64,000 nucleotides of DNA. Origin: an uncultured Lachnospiraceae bacterium (GTDB taxonomy: Bacteria; Bacillota; Clostridia; Christensenellales; UBA1242). The notes under the pieces were generated by a model that was not told where the DNA came from, did no database searches, and saw only the letters and a list, made by a program, of their open reading frames with translations. Location: NCBI GenBank assembly GCA_964368755.1, contig CAYJCR010000005.1, forward strand, positions 7,280 through 71,279, read 5' to 3'. This document shows positions 17,936 to 27,381 of the stretch, one piece after another (within the stretch, counting starts at the first letter, position 1; the number at the start of each line of letters is the position of its first letter). A program made the position numbers and the translations under genes.

Positions 17936-18775
17936 ATGGAAAATATCAATAAGGAAGAAATAAATAACTTTATACGTGCTTGTAATGACCTTATATATGG
18001 CAAGTTTATCTTAGTGGATATCAAAATAACTTCAGTACTTAAGAGTATTGCTGAGAGTGCTGATATATACAATATTCTTGCAGAATGTATGATTAACTTT
18101 GACTTCGCAAGAGAATTCAGTAAGGCAAAGGTATCTACAGTTAGCGATACTACGTTTAAGTTACCTATGGAGGTTCATAAGATTATACCGTTGGTATTCT
18201 GTTTGCTTGTAGAGATTGATAGCAAACGTATTGACTTTGACCAGTTCTTAAGGACACAATTCCCATATGCTGACAACCAAAAAGATGAATATACAAAGTT
18301 TGCAAATAACATCATAGTACCATTCCGTGATGCAATTGCTTCATTATTCGATATGCCGGTTGATATTGATGAAAAACGTGCACAAGATGAAGAAGTCAAT
18401 ATTATAGACAAACAAATAGCCGTTATAAGTGGAGAAGGTGGTGCCAAAGCTGTTGTTGAGAAGACAACTATTGCAAGTGTTGAAGAGACTCCTACACCAG
18501 CATTGACCCAAGAAGAAGATGATGTTAATGACTTCTTTGCTAGTGTGAAGGAGAAGGTTCATATCGTTGAAGAGAAGTTGTCTTTCGTGAAGAATAAACA
18601 ACGCAGAGATAATATCAAGACGATAACGACTGCAATATTACAGACTTGTGATATTAAGAATATCACTATTCTTAATGCTCTTGTGTATGCACTCAATTGC
18701 GAATGCAAGCAAGAGAAGATTATGAAAGAGACTATTCATAAGCTTAATAATCTATACTTTACATATTTTTCTTAA
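17936..18775 (+). CDS. Hypothetical protein, no family recognised
   Basis: 279-aa ORF with AGGAGA RBS. Helical N-terminal half, acidic linker (EEVNIID...TQEEDDVNDF), C-terminal helical domain. Confidence 0.7.
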   Translation: MENINKEEINNFIRACNDLIYGKFILVDIKITSVLKSIAESADIYNILAECMINFDFAREFSKAKVSTVSDTTFKLPMEVHKIIPLVFCLLVEIDSKRIDFDQFLRTQFPYADNQKDEYTKFANNIIVPFRDAIASLFDMPVDIDEKRAQDEEVNIIDKQIAVISGEGGAKAVVEKTTIASVEETPTPALTQEEDDVNDFFASVKEKVHIVEEKLSFVKNKQRRDNIKTITTAILQTCDIKNITILNALVYALNCECKQEKIMKETIHKLNNLYFTYFS

Positions 18776-19740
18776 TAAATAATAAAACAAAGGCTTAAAC
18801 ATATAAGACAAGAGATTATCGCATGTGTAAACTTTTGTAGAACAAAAATGCGATACTTGATATTGCATTTTTTTAAGAAAATTAACGATTGTAGATGAAC
18901 AGATATTCCACCAAATGATATAATGAATGTAATGATTGGAATAAGGAACTTGCTACTAAGAGTAGAAGTGCATAGTTCTTTACATCCGCAGGTAACTTCA
19001 ATCAGGCCATTGACTATTCCTTCTACAGTATTGTTATCAATAGGCAGTATGGATAATGCACGTTTGGCTAGATATAGGACGTTATAGTTGTCTAGTAAAG
19101 TTATCATCAAAGAAGCAATTGCAATGAACCCACCTATCATCATGATAGAAGTAAGAGTGTTATACATACTATCATTAATAGTATTGTTGGTACATAAATC
19201 TTGTGTTTTGACTGTTAAATTACTGCTTGCTGTATTATATCTATATCCACGATATAGTATTCCATTGAATATTGCTCCAAGTATATGTGCAACGAATATT
19301 ATCAATCCTGCTGTTGGACTTATGAGCATACCTGCACCAACGGAGCCAATAACAAACATTGGGCCAGAGGTTGAACAAAAGGAAGTAATGCGATAGGCTT
19401 GTCCGTTGTCAATAAGATTCTTTTCGTACAATTCACTTGTAAGCTTTGCTCCAAGTGGATAACCTGATATAATACTCATACATAGTACATAACTAGATAT
19501 GCTAGGACAATGGAAAAGTTTGTGCATTGGCTTTGAGAACACTCTACATATGTATGGCATAGCGTTGAGCTCTACAAGTAGCTTTGTCATAAAGAAAAAG
19601 GGAAGTAGTGATGGTAGGACTATTGTACCCCAGAGTAGTATTCCATCTAATGTTGCTTGCATATATAGGCTTGGATTGGATACGATGAGTCCAATACATA
19701 ATAATAGCATTATTGATATCAACAGTTTTAGTTTGTTCAT
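18772..19740 (-). CDS. ylbJ: YlbJ-like integral membrane protein (nucleoside-recognition/Gate domain)
   Basis: 322 aa, polytopic. N-terminal pattern LDGILLWGTIVLPSLLPFFF is typical of YlbJ; adjacent to a ylbK-like gene as in B. subtilis. Confidence 0.8.
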   Translation of the reverse strand: MNKLKLLISIMLLLCIGLIVSNPSLYMQATLDGILLWGTIVLPSLLPFFFMTKLLVELNAMPYICRVFSKPMHKLFHCPSISSYVLCMSIISGYPLGAKLTSELYEKNLIDNGQAYRITSFCSTSGPMFVIGSVGAGMLISPTAGLIIFVAHILGAIFNGILYRGYRYNTASSNLTVKTQDLCTNNTINDSMYNTLTSIMMIGGFIAIASLMITLLDNYNVLYLAKRALSILPIDNNTVEGIVNGLIEVTCGCKELCTSTLSSKFLIPIITFIISFGGISVHLQSLIFLKKCNIKYRIFVLQKFTHAIISCLICLSLCFIIY

Positions 19741-19771
19741 ATAAAAAACTTATTCATAAGGGAGGCAAGAT

Positions 19772-20635
19772 ATGATGAAAGGAAAGAAAATAGGGCTTGT
19801 TCTCAGCGGTGGTGGTGCAATGGGTGCTGCACATGTTGGAGTGTTGCAAGTATTGTCACAGTATCACATTCCTATTGATATCGTTACAGGCACTTCTATG
19901 GGTGCTCTCGTTGGTGGATTCTATGCTAGTGGTATGACATATGAGGATATGAAAAATCGCATATTGTCATTCAAAAGAACAACACTTATCGACCTCAATA
20001 TCTTTAATATATTCCAAGAAGGTATACTTGGTGGTAAGAAGGTGTCAAAGTACATTGATAACTGTGTCAAAGATAAGACAATAGAGGGGTGTATAACGAA
20101 GTTCGGTTGTATTGCAACCGACCTTGTTAGTGGTAAAAAGGTCGAATTGACAAGTGGAAATTTGAGTATGGCTATAAGGGCAAGCATCGCACTGCCGGGG
20201 TTATTCTTGCCTGTTAAGATGAATGGAATGGATTTGTACGATGGTGGTATGACGGACAATCTTCCTATTGAACTTGCAAAGAAAATGGGTGCAGATATTA
20301 TTATCGCGGTAGATGTCACGGGTTACAAAAAAGAGGGCAAACTTAATCGTCCATGGACAGTGTTACTCAGTGGCTTCAATAGAGCACTTGCAAGAATAGT
20401 TGAGTTGTCAGATAATAAGGCAGATGTCCTTATCAAAATTGAGCAACCAGATGTTCATATGACAGACTTCACGAAGAATAAGATGATGAAGTCCTTTAAG
20501 TATGGAAAAGATGCGGTATTGCCACGTATGCCTGAGATAATAGAACTAATGAATAAGAACAATATCAAAGTCTTTGATAGGAAAAAGGCAAAGCCAAGGC
20601 TATACAAAGCAAATAATGTGAAGAACAGTATCTAG
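19772..20635 (+). CDS. ylbK: Patatin-like phospholipase
   Basis: Oxyanion LSGGGAMGAAHVG, nucleophile GTSMG, catalytic DGG (YDGGMTDNLP). Position next to ylbJ matches the B. subtilis ylb cluster. Confidence 0.88.
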   Translation: MMKGKKIGLVLSGGGAMGAAHVGVLQVLSQYHIPIDIVTGTSMGALVGGFYASGMTYEDMKNRILSFKRTTLIDLNIFNIFQEGILGGKKVSKYIDNCVKDKTIEGCITKFGCIATDLVSGKKVELTSGNLSMAIRASIALPGLFLPVKMNGMDLYDGGMTDNLPIELAKKMGADIIIAVDVTGYKKEGKLNRPWTVLLSGFNRALARIVELSDNKADVLIKIEQPDVHMTDFTKNKMMKSFKYGKDAVLPRMPEIIELMNKNNIKVFDRKKAKPRLYKANNVKNSI

Positions 20636-20643
20636 GAGAAAAA

Positions 20644-21177
20644 ATGAAAATAAAAGTATTAAGCAAAAAAGCTTATAAGGGATATGAGATATCTATAGCA
20701 TATAAGTCAGATTATTACTATCGCTTGGAGAAGCAGATCACAGATAATGGAATAAACATCAGTTTTGTAAAAACAAAATATAACAAGACTTTTGTTAAAG
20801 ATAATCATACAGAGTTGTTTAAAGACTGGTGGGTTAGTCCCAAAGTATATGGCTTGTTTGATGAAGACAAACTTATTGGTGTAATAGAGACTTCTAAAGA
20901 GAATTGGAACAATAGATTGAGAGTTACCAATATAAGTGTGGATCCCGAGTATAGGAGAAAAGGTTTAGCGAAGAAACTAATGGATAGGGTTAAACAGTTG
21001 GCGAAGACCAATGGCAATCGTGCTGTAATACTTGAGACCCAGACCTCCAACTCTAATGCCATTGCATTCTATTTGTCCCAAGGTTTTGTGCTTGGAGGAT
21101 ACAACGAGTGTGAGTACTCCAATGACGATATCTCCAATAATGAAGTGCGAATCGAGATGGTGTATTATATGCAATAA
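20644..21177 (+). CDS. GNAT N-acetyltransferase, resembles the streptothricin-acetyltransferase (SatA) type
   Basis: WNNRLRVTNISVDPEYRRKGLAKKLM...ILETQTSNSNAIAFYLSQGFVLGGYNECEY resembles the SatA-type core. The subfamily call is from memory only. Confidence 0.8.
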   Translation: MKIKVLSKKAYKGYEISIAYKSDYYYRLEKQITDNGINISFVKTKYNKTFVKDNHTELFKDWWVSPKVYGLFDEDKLIGVIETSKENWNNRLRVTNISVDPEYRRKGLAKKLMDRVKQLAKTNGNRAVILETQTSNSNAIAFYLSQGFVLGGYNECEYSNDDISNNEVRIEMVYYMQ

Positions 21178-21194
21178 CAAGTTATTTATAAAAT

Positions 21195-21220
21195 AAAATG
21201 CCTCAATTTTGAGGCATTTT
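21195..21220. terminator. Bidirectional terminator
   Basis: AAAATGCCTC (21195-21204) / GAGGCATTTT (21211-21220). Confidence 0.8.
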
Positions 21221-21221
21221 G

Positions 21222-22442
21222 TTATTTTGTGATAGTTTTTTTGTACAGATAAGGAATCTTGTTTGGCTGCGCTTTGAGTAGGGTGTATAGGTTGTCTGAT
21301 CGATTCTCTATGACTGATAAATCCCTATAATATCCATAGATAATCTTGCGAGTATCATTGGTTCTTACAAGAAGTGGTACTTTGCATTGACACGAGCTTA
21401 GGACATCGCCTTTGAAGCCAATAACTTTGACATAAGGAAGTTTTTTCTTTGAATACAACAGTCTAATTGTGTTCTTTGTTACTCCTAATACTGATGCTGT
21501 AAGTATACGAGCAATTTTGGACTCAGAGTATCGCTTTGAACTAGCCATCGATATGAGAGAAGTAACTGATGAACATTCTTTGGCACAATTTATTATATTG
21601 TTCTCCAATCCTTCTGTGACGTCTGGAGTGTTGCGTAAGTCTTCTGGCGAGGTATTACGCAAATGGTTGAGATAGATTGCGTTTAGGCTAATTTGATCTA
21701 CTTGTCCATCGTTGTTCAAATACTTTTTGTACAACTCAAAGCTTGTATGTGGCATTGTCATGCTAAGTTTGGACAAACTGCTATTGCTTGCTTTTCGTAT
21801 TGCACTAGCACTAGCGTATTTATCAAGCTTATCAGAGTTATACTCTCCAACTCTTGCTATAGTCACAGGTATAAGTTTGCTACGAGTATTATGCATAGCT
21901 TTGAGATACTCAAGTGCTAAGATGTTGTTAGGGGAGGAGATTGTATCAAGTATCTGTGAAGCAAAATGATATGAGACTTTCATGCCTTCTAGAGATTTGA
22001 TTCTACTTGCATTGTAACTGAATCCTTGTCTCAAATATTTATGCATATTAAGTTTGTATGATAAAGGTTCGTTACAGAAGAAGTCTGAGCATTTGTTAAG
22101 TAACTCTATATCTCCACATTCACTCCCAAAAGCTAAATGTGTGACGTTGTCAAAAGTATTCGCAACTTTGACACCAGCAAGAGCAAAGACCTCACTTGTT
22201 GCTATAGAATAAGCAGTAGGAAGTGCCACTACGATATCTATGTTGTCAGATAGGGCAATATCGGCTCTTGAGTGTGCATCAAGTATAGCGGGCTCTCCAC
22301 GTTGAGTGAAGTTGCCACTCATTATTGCCATAACATATTTGCATCCAGAAAGTTCGCGTGCTTTTTGCGCAAGCAAAGAATGCCCATTGTGATATGGGTT
22401 GTATTCACATATTATGGCACAAATTTTTTCTTCATTTTTCAT
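21222..22442 (-). CDS. tmcAL: tRNA(Met) cytidine acetate ligase (YlbM/UPF0348 nucleotidyltransferase)
   Basis: ICEYNPYHNGH nucleotidyltransferase motif, about 400 aa. Start moved to ATG 22442 (MKNEEKICAII). Confidence 0.88.
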   Translation of the reverse strand: MKNEEKICAIICEYNPYHNGHSLLAQKARELSGCKYVMAIMSGNFTQRGEPAILDAHSRADIALSDNIDIVVALPTAYSIATSEVFALAGVKVANTFDNVTHLAFGSECGDIELLNKCSDFFCNEPLSYKLNMHKYLRQGFSYNASRIKSLEGMKVSYHFASQILDTISSPNNILALEYLKAMHNTRSKLIPVTIARVGEYNSDKLDKYASASAIRKASNSSLSKLSMTMPHTSFELYKKYLNNDGQVDQISLNAIYLNHLRNTSPEDLRNTPDVTEGLENNIINCAKECSSVTSLISMASSKRYSESKIARILTASVLGVTKNTIRLLYSKKKLPYVKVIGFKGDVLSSCQCKVPLLVRTNDTRKIIYGYYRDLSVIENRSDNLYTLLKAQPNKIPYLYKKTITK

Positions 22443-22559
22443 AATCGTTTTACTTTTTTTGGTATTTAGGTTACAATAAGTCATAACTATCAATGATTAA
22501 GTTATTCTATGACTTATTATATATAAAAATTTGCACAAAAACAATCGATTGGAGAGGTT

Positions 22560-23549
22560 ATGTTAAAAATAAGCCAATTACTTAATAGAGCAAAGGTTCT
22601 CAATAGAACAATAGTATTCCCAGAAGGTCTATCCGATAGGGTACTAGAAGCTGTTTCTATTATTCTAAAAAAGAATATGGCAAAAGTAATATTAGTTGGT
22701 ACTCCAAGAGATATTTTGGCAAAAGGTCATAAGGTACATGGTGCAACTATTATGGAGCCACATTCTAGCCCTTTGCATGCTGAACTTGCCAATGTTTTGT
22801 TTGAAAAACGCAAAGCAAAAGGTATGACTATTGACAAAGCCAAAGAACTTGTTATGACCCCATTTTATTTTGCTACAATGTTGGTAGAATGTGGGTATGC
22901 AGATGGCATGGTAGGAGGTGTCGAGACTTCCACGGCAGATTGTTTGCGTCCTGCTTTGCAGATTATCAAGGCACGAGAGGGTATATCAACAATATCATCT
23001 TGCGTTATGTTTGTGGGTACTGATAGACTCGGTTATGGTGACAACAATGTTTTATTCACCGCTGACTGTGCACTCAATATCAGTCCAAGCTCAGAACAAA
23101 TCAAAGATATAACTTATGCTACTGTTGATACGGCACGAAAATTGGCAAATATTGAGCCAAAAGTCGCGTTGTTGTCTTTTTCTTCAAATGGAAGTGGAGG
23201 AGACGATGACAAGGTCAAAGCAACAAAAGAGGCTTTGAAGATATTGTCTGAGTCTAAGCCTGACTTCGATTATGATGGAGAGATGCAACTAGATTGTGCG
23301 CTTGTTCCAAGTGTTGCTAAGACAAAGTTCCCACAAAGCAAAGTTGCTGGCAAAGCTAATATACTTATATTCCCTGATCTTCAAAGTGGGAATATTGGAT
23401 ATAAACTCATTGAAAGATTTTCGTCATTACAAGCAGTTGGTCAGATATGCCAAGGGTTTAGAAAACCTATCAATGATATGTCTAGGGGTTGTAATGTTGA
23501 AGATATAGTTGTTATGACTGCTATCACGATATTGCAATCTCAAAATTAA
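22560..23549 (+). CDS. pta: Phosphate acetyltransferase
   Basis: 329 aa; typical Pta C-terminal region (LIFPDLQSGNIGYKL, QGFRKPINDMSRGC); followed by ackA. Confidence 0.95.
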   Translation: MLKISQLLNRAKVLNRTIVFPEGLSDRVLEAVSIILKKNMAKVILVGTPRDILAKGHKVHGATIMEPHSSPLHAELANVLFEKRKAKGMTIDKAKELVMTPFYFATMLVECGYADGMVGGVETSTADCLRPALQIIKAREGISTISSCVMFVGTDRLGYGDNNVLFTADCALNISPSSEQIKDITYATVDTARKLANIEPKVALLSFSSNGSGGDDDKVKATKEALKILSESKPDFDYDGEMQLDCALVPSVAKTKFPQSKVAGKANILIFPDLQSGNIGYKLIERFSSLQAVGQICQGFRKPINDMSRGCNVEDIVVMTAITILQSQN

Positions 23550-23568
23550 TTTTTTTAAGGAGAAATAT

Positions 23569-24774
23569 ATGAAAATACTAGTTGTAAATGCAGGAAGTTC
23601 ATCACTTAAGTTCCAACTTATTGATATGGACAAGGAGACTTTGTTATGTAAGGGTCTATGCGAGAAGATCGGCTCACATGACTCAAGAGTAACTTACAAG
23701 GCTGATAAGATTGTCAAGACTATTGAAGAGCCTCTCAAATCTCACAAAGAAGCTATGGAGAAGACACTTGCTCTTGTCACAGACAAAGAGATAGGTGTTA
23801 TTAAGAGTTTGTCTGAGATAAGCGCATTTGGACACAGGGTACTACATGGTGCAGAGAAGTATCATTCTGCAGTACTTGTCGATGATGAAGTTATCAAAGA
23901 TATCGAGGACAATATTCCACTTGGACCTTTGCATATGCCTGCTAACTTGCTTGGTATACAAGCATGTATGAAGGTTATGCCAAATACAAAGAATGTTGCA
24001 GTATTTGATACGGCTTTCCATGCTACAATGCCAGATTATGCATATATGTATGGAACTCCATATGAGTGGTATGAGAACTATCGTGTAAGGAAGTATGGCT
24101 TCCATGGTACGAGCCATGAGTTCATTATGAATGCAACAGCAGAAGTAATGGGTAGAGATGCCAAAGACCTCAAGATTATATCTTGTCACCTTGGCAATGG
24201 TGCTAGTATTGCTGCAATTGATCATGGTCAATGTGTTGAGACTTCAATGGGATTTACTCCATTAGAGGGCTTGGTTATGGGCACTCGTTGTGGTAATATC
24301 GACCCAGCAGTTATGGAATATGTCATGAACAAAGAGAATATGAGTATTGGCGACATGCTCAATGCTCTCAACAAAAAGAGTGGACTTCTTGGCATAAGTT
24401 GTGTAAGCAACGATATGCGTGATGTTATCAAGAATATGGAACTTGGCAATGACAAGTGTAGACTTGCATTCAAGAAGTTCTGTTATGAAGTCAAGAAGTA
24501 CATTGGTTCTTATGCTGCCGTTATGAATGGGGTAGATGCTATCATATTCACAGCGGGCTCTGGAGAGAATCGTAACGATGTCAGAGAAGAAATAATGAAG
24601 GGTATGGACTATCTTGGAATTGACTTTGACTTTGAAGGAAATAATAACTTCGAAAGGGGCAAAGTTTGGAAGTTGTCCAAAGATTCTTCCAAAGTTGCTG
24701 TATATGTTATTCCAACTGATGAAGAATTGTCTATTGCAAGACAAACAAAAAATATTATAACAAGTCGAAAATAG
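23569..24774 (+). CDS. ackA: Acetate kinase
   Basis: MKILVVNAGSSSLKFQL, FGHRVLHGAEKY, GFHGTSH, CHLGNGASI and FTAGSGEN motifs. Confidence 0.97.
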   Translation: MKILVVNAGSSSLKFQLIDMDKETLLCKGLCEKIGSHDSRVTYKADKIVKTIEEPLKSHKEAMEKTLALVTDKEIGVIKSLSEISAFGHRVLHGAEKYHSAVLVDDEVIKDIEDNIPLGPLHMPANLLGIQACMKVMPNTKNVAVFDTAFHATMPDYAYMYGTPYEWYENYRVRKYGFHGTSHEFIMNATAEVMGRDAKDLKIISCHLGNGASIAAIDHGQCVETSMGFTPLEGLVMGTRCGNIDPAVMEYVMNKENMSIGDMLNALNKKSGLLGISCVSNDMRDVIKNMELGNDKCRLAFKKFCYEVKKYIGSYAAVMNGVDAIIFTAGSGENRNDVREEIMKGMDYLGIDFDFEGNNNFERGKVWKLSKDSSKVAVYVIPTDEELSIARQTKNIITSRK

Positions 24775-24776
24775 TG

Positions 24777-24805
24777 TTGACAAAACTAATGGTTTTGAGT
24801 ATACT
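24777..24805 (+). promoter_or_regulatory. Sigma-A-like promoter of yceD-rpmF
   Basis: TTGACA (24777-24782), 17 nt, TATACT (24800-24805). Confidence 0.55.
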
Positions 24806-24823
24806 GTTCCCCAGTGGTAAAAT

Positions 24824-25312
24824 ATGTTATTAGATATTCAAAAAGCAATTAAATTGCAAGGCAAACAAGTGCCATTCACAGCTGATGTTCAGCTTGACAA
24901 TAGCTGTATAGAGGGTAGAGGGTATTCCTTCAATTCTCCATGTCATATTGTTGGTAAGATGTTGTATGAGTTTGAGAGACTTAGACTTATAGCTACGGTT
25001 ACAGTTGCTATTAATGCGATATGCGATGCGTGTGCAGAAGAGTTCGAGTATAAGTTCAGATTCGATATTGATGAGATGTTTAGTAACGAGATATCAGAAA
25101 GTACTTATTATGGAATCAATCCAACTTCCATTGATATTGACAAGCCACTTATTGACAACCTTATATTCTACCTTCCAACTAGATTGTTGTGCAAACCCAA
25201 TTGTAAAGGTTTGTGTCCAATCTGTGGGAAGAACTTGAATGTTGCAAAATGTAGTTGTCAACCAGAGGAGTTGGATAACCTAGATAATCCTTTTTCAAAA
25301 CTTAAAAACTAA
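24824..25312 (+). CDS. yceD: DUF177 protein (YceD/YlbN, large-subunit rRNA accumulation)
   Basis: 162 aa; C-terminal CKPNCKGLCPICGKNLN...CSC cysteine cluster; directly upstream of rpmF. Confidence 0.88.
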   Translation: MLLDIQKAIKLQGKQVPFTADVQLDNSCIEGRGYSFNSPCHIVGKMLYEFERLRLIATVTVAINAICDACAEEFEYKFRFDIDEMFSNEISESTYYGINPTSIDIDKPLIDNLIFYLPTRLLCKPNCKGLCPICGKNLNVAKCSCQPEELDNLDNPFSKLKN

Positions 25313-25331
25313 TTGTTAGGAGGAAAGAACA

Positions 25332-25523
25332 ATGGCAGTACCAAAGGGTAAGGTATCAAAGGCAAGAAGAGATAGCAGGAAAGCAAACTGGAAAGTTGAG
25401 GCTCCAGCACTTGTTGCTTGTCCACATTGTAAAGAATTGAAACAACCACACGTTGTTTGTAAAAAATGTGGATACTATGATGGGAAAGAGATAATCCCAC
25501 AGAAGACAGAAAAGAAAAAGTAA
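25332..25523 (+). CDS. rpmF: 50S ribosomal protein L32
   Basis: MAVPKGKVSKARRD...CPHC...CKKCG. Confidence 0.97.
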   Translation: MAVPKGKVSKARRDSRKANWKVEAPALVACPHCKELKQPHVVCKKCGYYDGKEIIPQKTEKKK

Positions 25524-25539
25524 GTCTGATATAGAAAAA

Positions 25540-25568
25540 CACAGTTTGTGAATAATTGTGTTTTTTTT
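25540..25568 (+). terminator. Intrinsic terminator of rpmF
   Basis: CACAGTT (25540-25546) / AATTGTG (25554-25560) followed by T8. Confidence 0.75.
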
Positions 25569-25636
25569 GATGCAAACGCAATAATTTGGCATAATAATAA
25601 TTATTTGATTAAATAATCTATTGTGCTTTAATTTGC

Positions 25637-25665
25637 TTGTTATATAAGCCTTTTTTGTGTATAAT
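25637..25665 (+). promoter_or_regulatory. Candidate promoter of plsX
   Basis: TTGTTA (25637-25642), 17 nt, TATAAT (25660-25665). The -10 overlaps the left arm of the next hairpin. Confidence 0.45.
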
Positions 25666-25691
25666 TACTTCGTTAGAAGTAATTTTTTTTT
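25663..25691 (+). terminator. Strong hairpin plus T9, 20 nt upstream of the plsX ATG
   Basis: AATTACTTC (25663-25671) / GAAGTAATT (25676-25684), GTTA loop, T-run to 25691. Confidence 0.5.
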
Positions 25692-25710
25692 GCTTAAATG
25701 AGAGGTAATA

Positions 25711-26739
25711 ATGAAAATAATCGTAGATACACTTGGATGTGATGATCCAGATAAGATTGTGCTTGGTGCAGTCAATGCAACAAGGACACATCCTGACATC
25801 AATATCGTCCTTAGTGGTTATGAAGATAAGATCAATAACATATTGAACGCTGTTGATTATGATAAGTCAAGGATATCTATTCTACCATGTAGTGAAGAGA
25901 TAACTAACGAGGACGTTCCAACCGTAGCTATTAAGACAAAAAGTGAATCTTCCTTGGTCAAATCCTTTGATATGTTAAGGAGAGACAATGAGGTAGTTGG
26001 TCTAATATCGGCAGGAAGTACAGGCGCGATACTTACAGGTACTTTTCTCAAAGTTGGCCGTATACGTGGAGTATCACGTCCAGCAATGGCACCACTATTA
26101 CCTACTAAGATACCTGATAAGAGAGTCCTTATCATTGATTGTGGCGCAAATGTAGATTGTAAGCCGATTAACCTATGCCATTTTGCTTTAATGGGCAGTA
26201 TCTATATGAAAGAGGTATTTGGTATCAAAGAGCCAAAAGTAGGATTGCTCAGCAATGGTACTGAGGACAAGAAGGGTACTGATCTTGTTAGAGAGGCAAA
26301 TCATATGATAAGACAGTTGCCAATCAACTTTGTTGGTAACATAGAGGCAAGAGAGACATTATCTGGGGAGATAGATGTTGTTGTGACTGATGGATATAGT
26401 GGTAATGTATTACTCAAATCTATCGAGGGCAGTGTTAAGTTCGCAATGTCTGTATTGAAGAATGAGATCAAACATAGCTTTTGGGCTAAGTTGGGAGTTC
26501 TCTTCATGGGTAAGGCATTCAAGGGTATGAAGAACAAACTTAACTATCACAACTATGGTGGCTCACCATTCATTGGTGCAAAGAAGATTGTTATCAAATC
26601 TCATGGTTCTAGTGATGAAGCTGCCATTGAGGTGTGCATCAATCAAGTTATCAATATGGCCAATAACAACTTGTGTCAACATATAGAAGACGAGATATCA
26701 AAAATAGAGTTTTTTGGAGAGAATAATGGTGCAGAATGA
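25711..26739 (+). CDS. plsX: Phosphate acyltransferase
   Basis: 342 aa; MKIIVDTLGCD, DCGANVDCKP, DVVVTDGYSGNVLLK, IKSHGSS. Confidence 0.96.
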   Translation: MKIIVDTLGCDDPDKIVLGAVNATRTHPDINIVLSGYEDKINNILNAVDYDKSRISILPCSEEITNEDVPTVAIKTKSESSLVKSFDMLRRDNEVVGLISAGSTGAILTGTFLKVGRIRGVSRPAMAPLLPTKIPDKRVLIIDCGANVDCKPINLCHFALMGSIYMKEVFGIKEPKVGLLSNGTEDKKGTDLVREANHMIRQLPINFVGNIEARETLSGEIDVVVTDGYSGNVLLKSIEGSVKFAMSVLKNEIKHSFWAKLGVLFMGKAFKGMKNKLNYHNYGGSPFIGAKKIVIKSHGSSDEAAIEVCINQVINMANNNLCQHIEDEISKIEFFGENNGAE

Positions 26740-27370
26740 TGAACAAGATGTATCGCTGTTAGATACAGAACTTATGAATAGAGCATTTGTACACTCATCA
26801 TATGCTCATGAACAAGGTATTGAGAGTAACGAGAGATTGGAGTTCCTTGGAGATAGTGTGTTGAATTTTGTTGTGACACAATATCTTTATAACGACGATA
26901 ATGGCCCAGAGGGTAAGTTGTCAGCAAAACGTGCTAGCATTGTATCGACTGATACTTTGGCAAAAGCTATTGATGGCACTAACTTGTTCGACAATATCAA
27001 GCTTGGCAAGTCTTATATCAACAATTTTTGCAAGGATTACAAATCAATCAAAGCCGATTTGTTCGAAGCTATACTCGGTGCAATATTTTTAGAAAATGGG
27101 ATTGAACAAGCGACATTGTTCGTTGAGAGAATGTTATTGAACAATGTAGCATTGGATATCAAAAAAGATTACAAGACCACTCTCCAAGAGTATTTTCAGA
27201 GTAGATCTCAAGAGTTCGATTATAGAACTGAGAGGATTGAAGAAGAGGACTGCTTTGAGTCGGAAGTTGTCTCGGACAATGAAGTGCTTGGTATCGGAAG
27301 AGGTAAGTCTAAGAAAGATGCTCAGTACGAAGCGGCAAAGAATGCATTATTACTATTAAATAAAAGTTAG
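26726..27370 (+). CDS. rnc: Ribonuclease III
   Basis: Signature ERLEFLGDSVL and a C-terminal dsRBD (GKSKKDAQYEAAKNAL). ATG 26726, behind GGAGAG, preferred over TTG 26714. Confidence 0.94.
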   Translation: MVQNDEQDVSLLDTELMNRAFVHSSYAHEQGIESNERLEFLGDSVLNFVVTQYLYNDDNGPEGKLSAKRASIVSTDTLAKAIDGTNLFDNIKLGKSYINNFCKDYKSIKADLFEAILGAIFLENGIEQATLFVERMLLNNVALDIKKDYKTTLQEYFQSRSQEFDYRTERIEEEDCFESEVVSDNEVLGIGRGKSKKDAQYEAAKNALLLLNKS

Positions 27371-27381
27371 AGGGATACACG

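Noticed and set aside
22476-22517. 10-bp inverted repeat ATAAGTCATA / TATGACTTAT between tmcAL and pta
   Set aside because: With about 6 such 10-bp inverted repeats within 100 nt expected by chance in 64 kb (more in AT-rich DNA), it is not distinguishable from background. I saw no cre-like or other known operator consensus.
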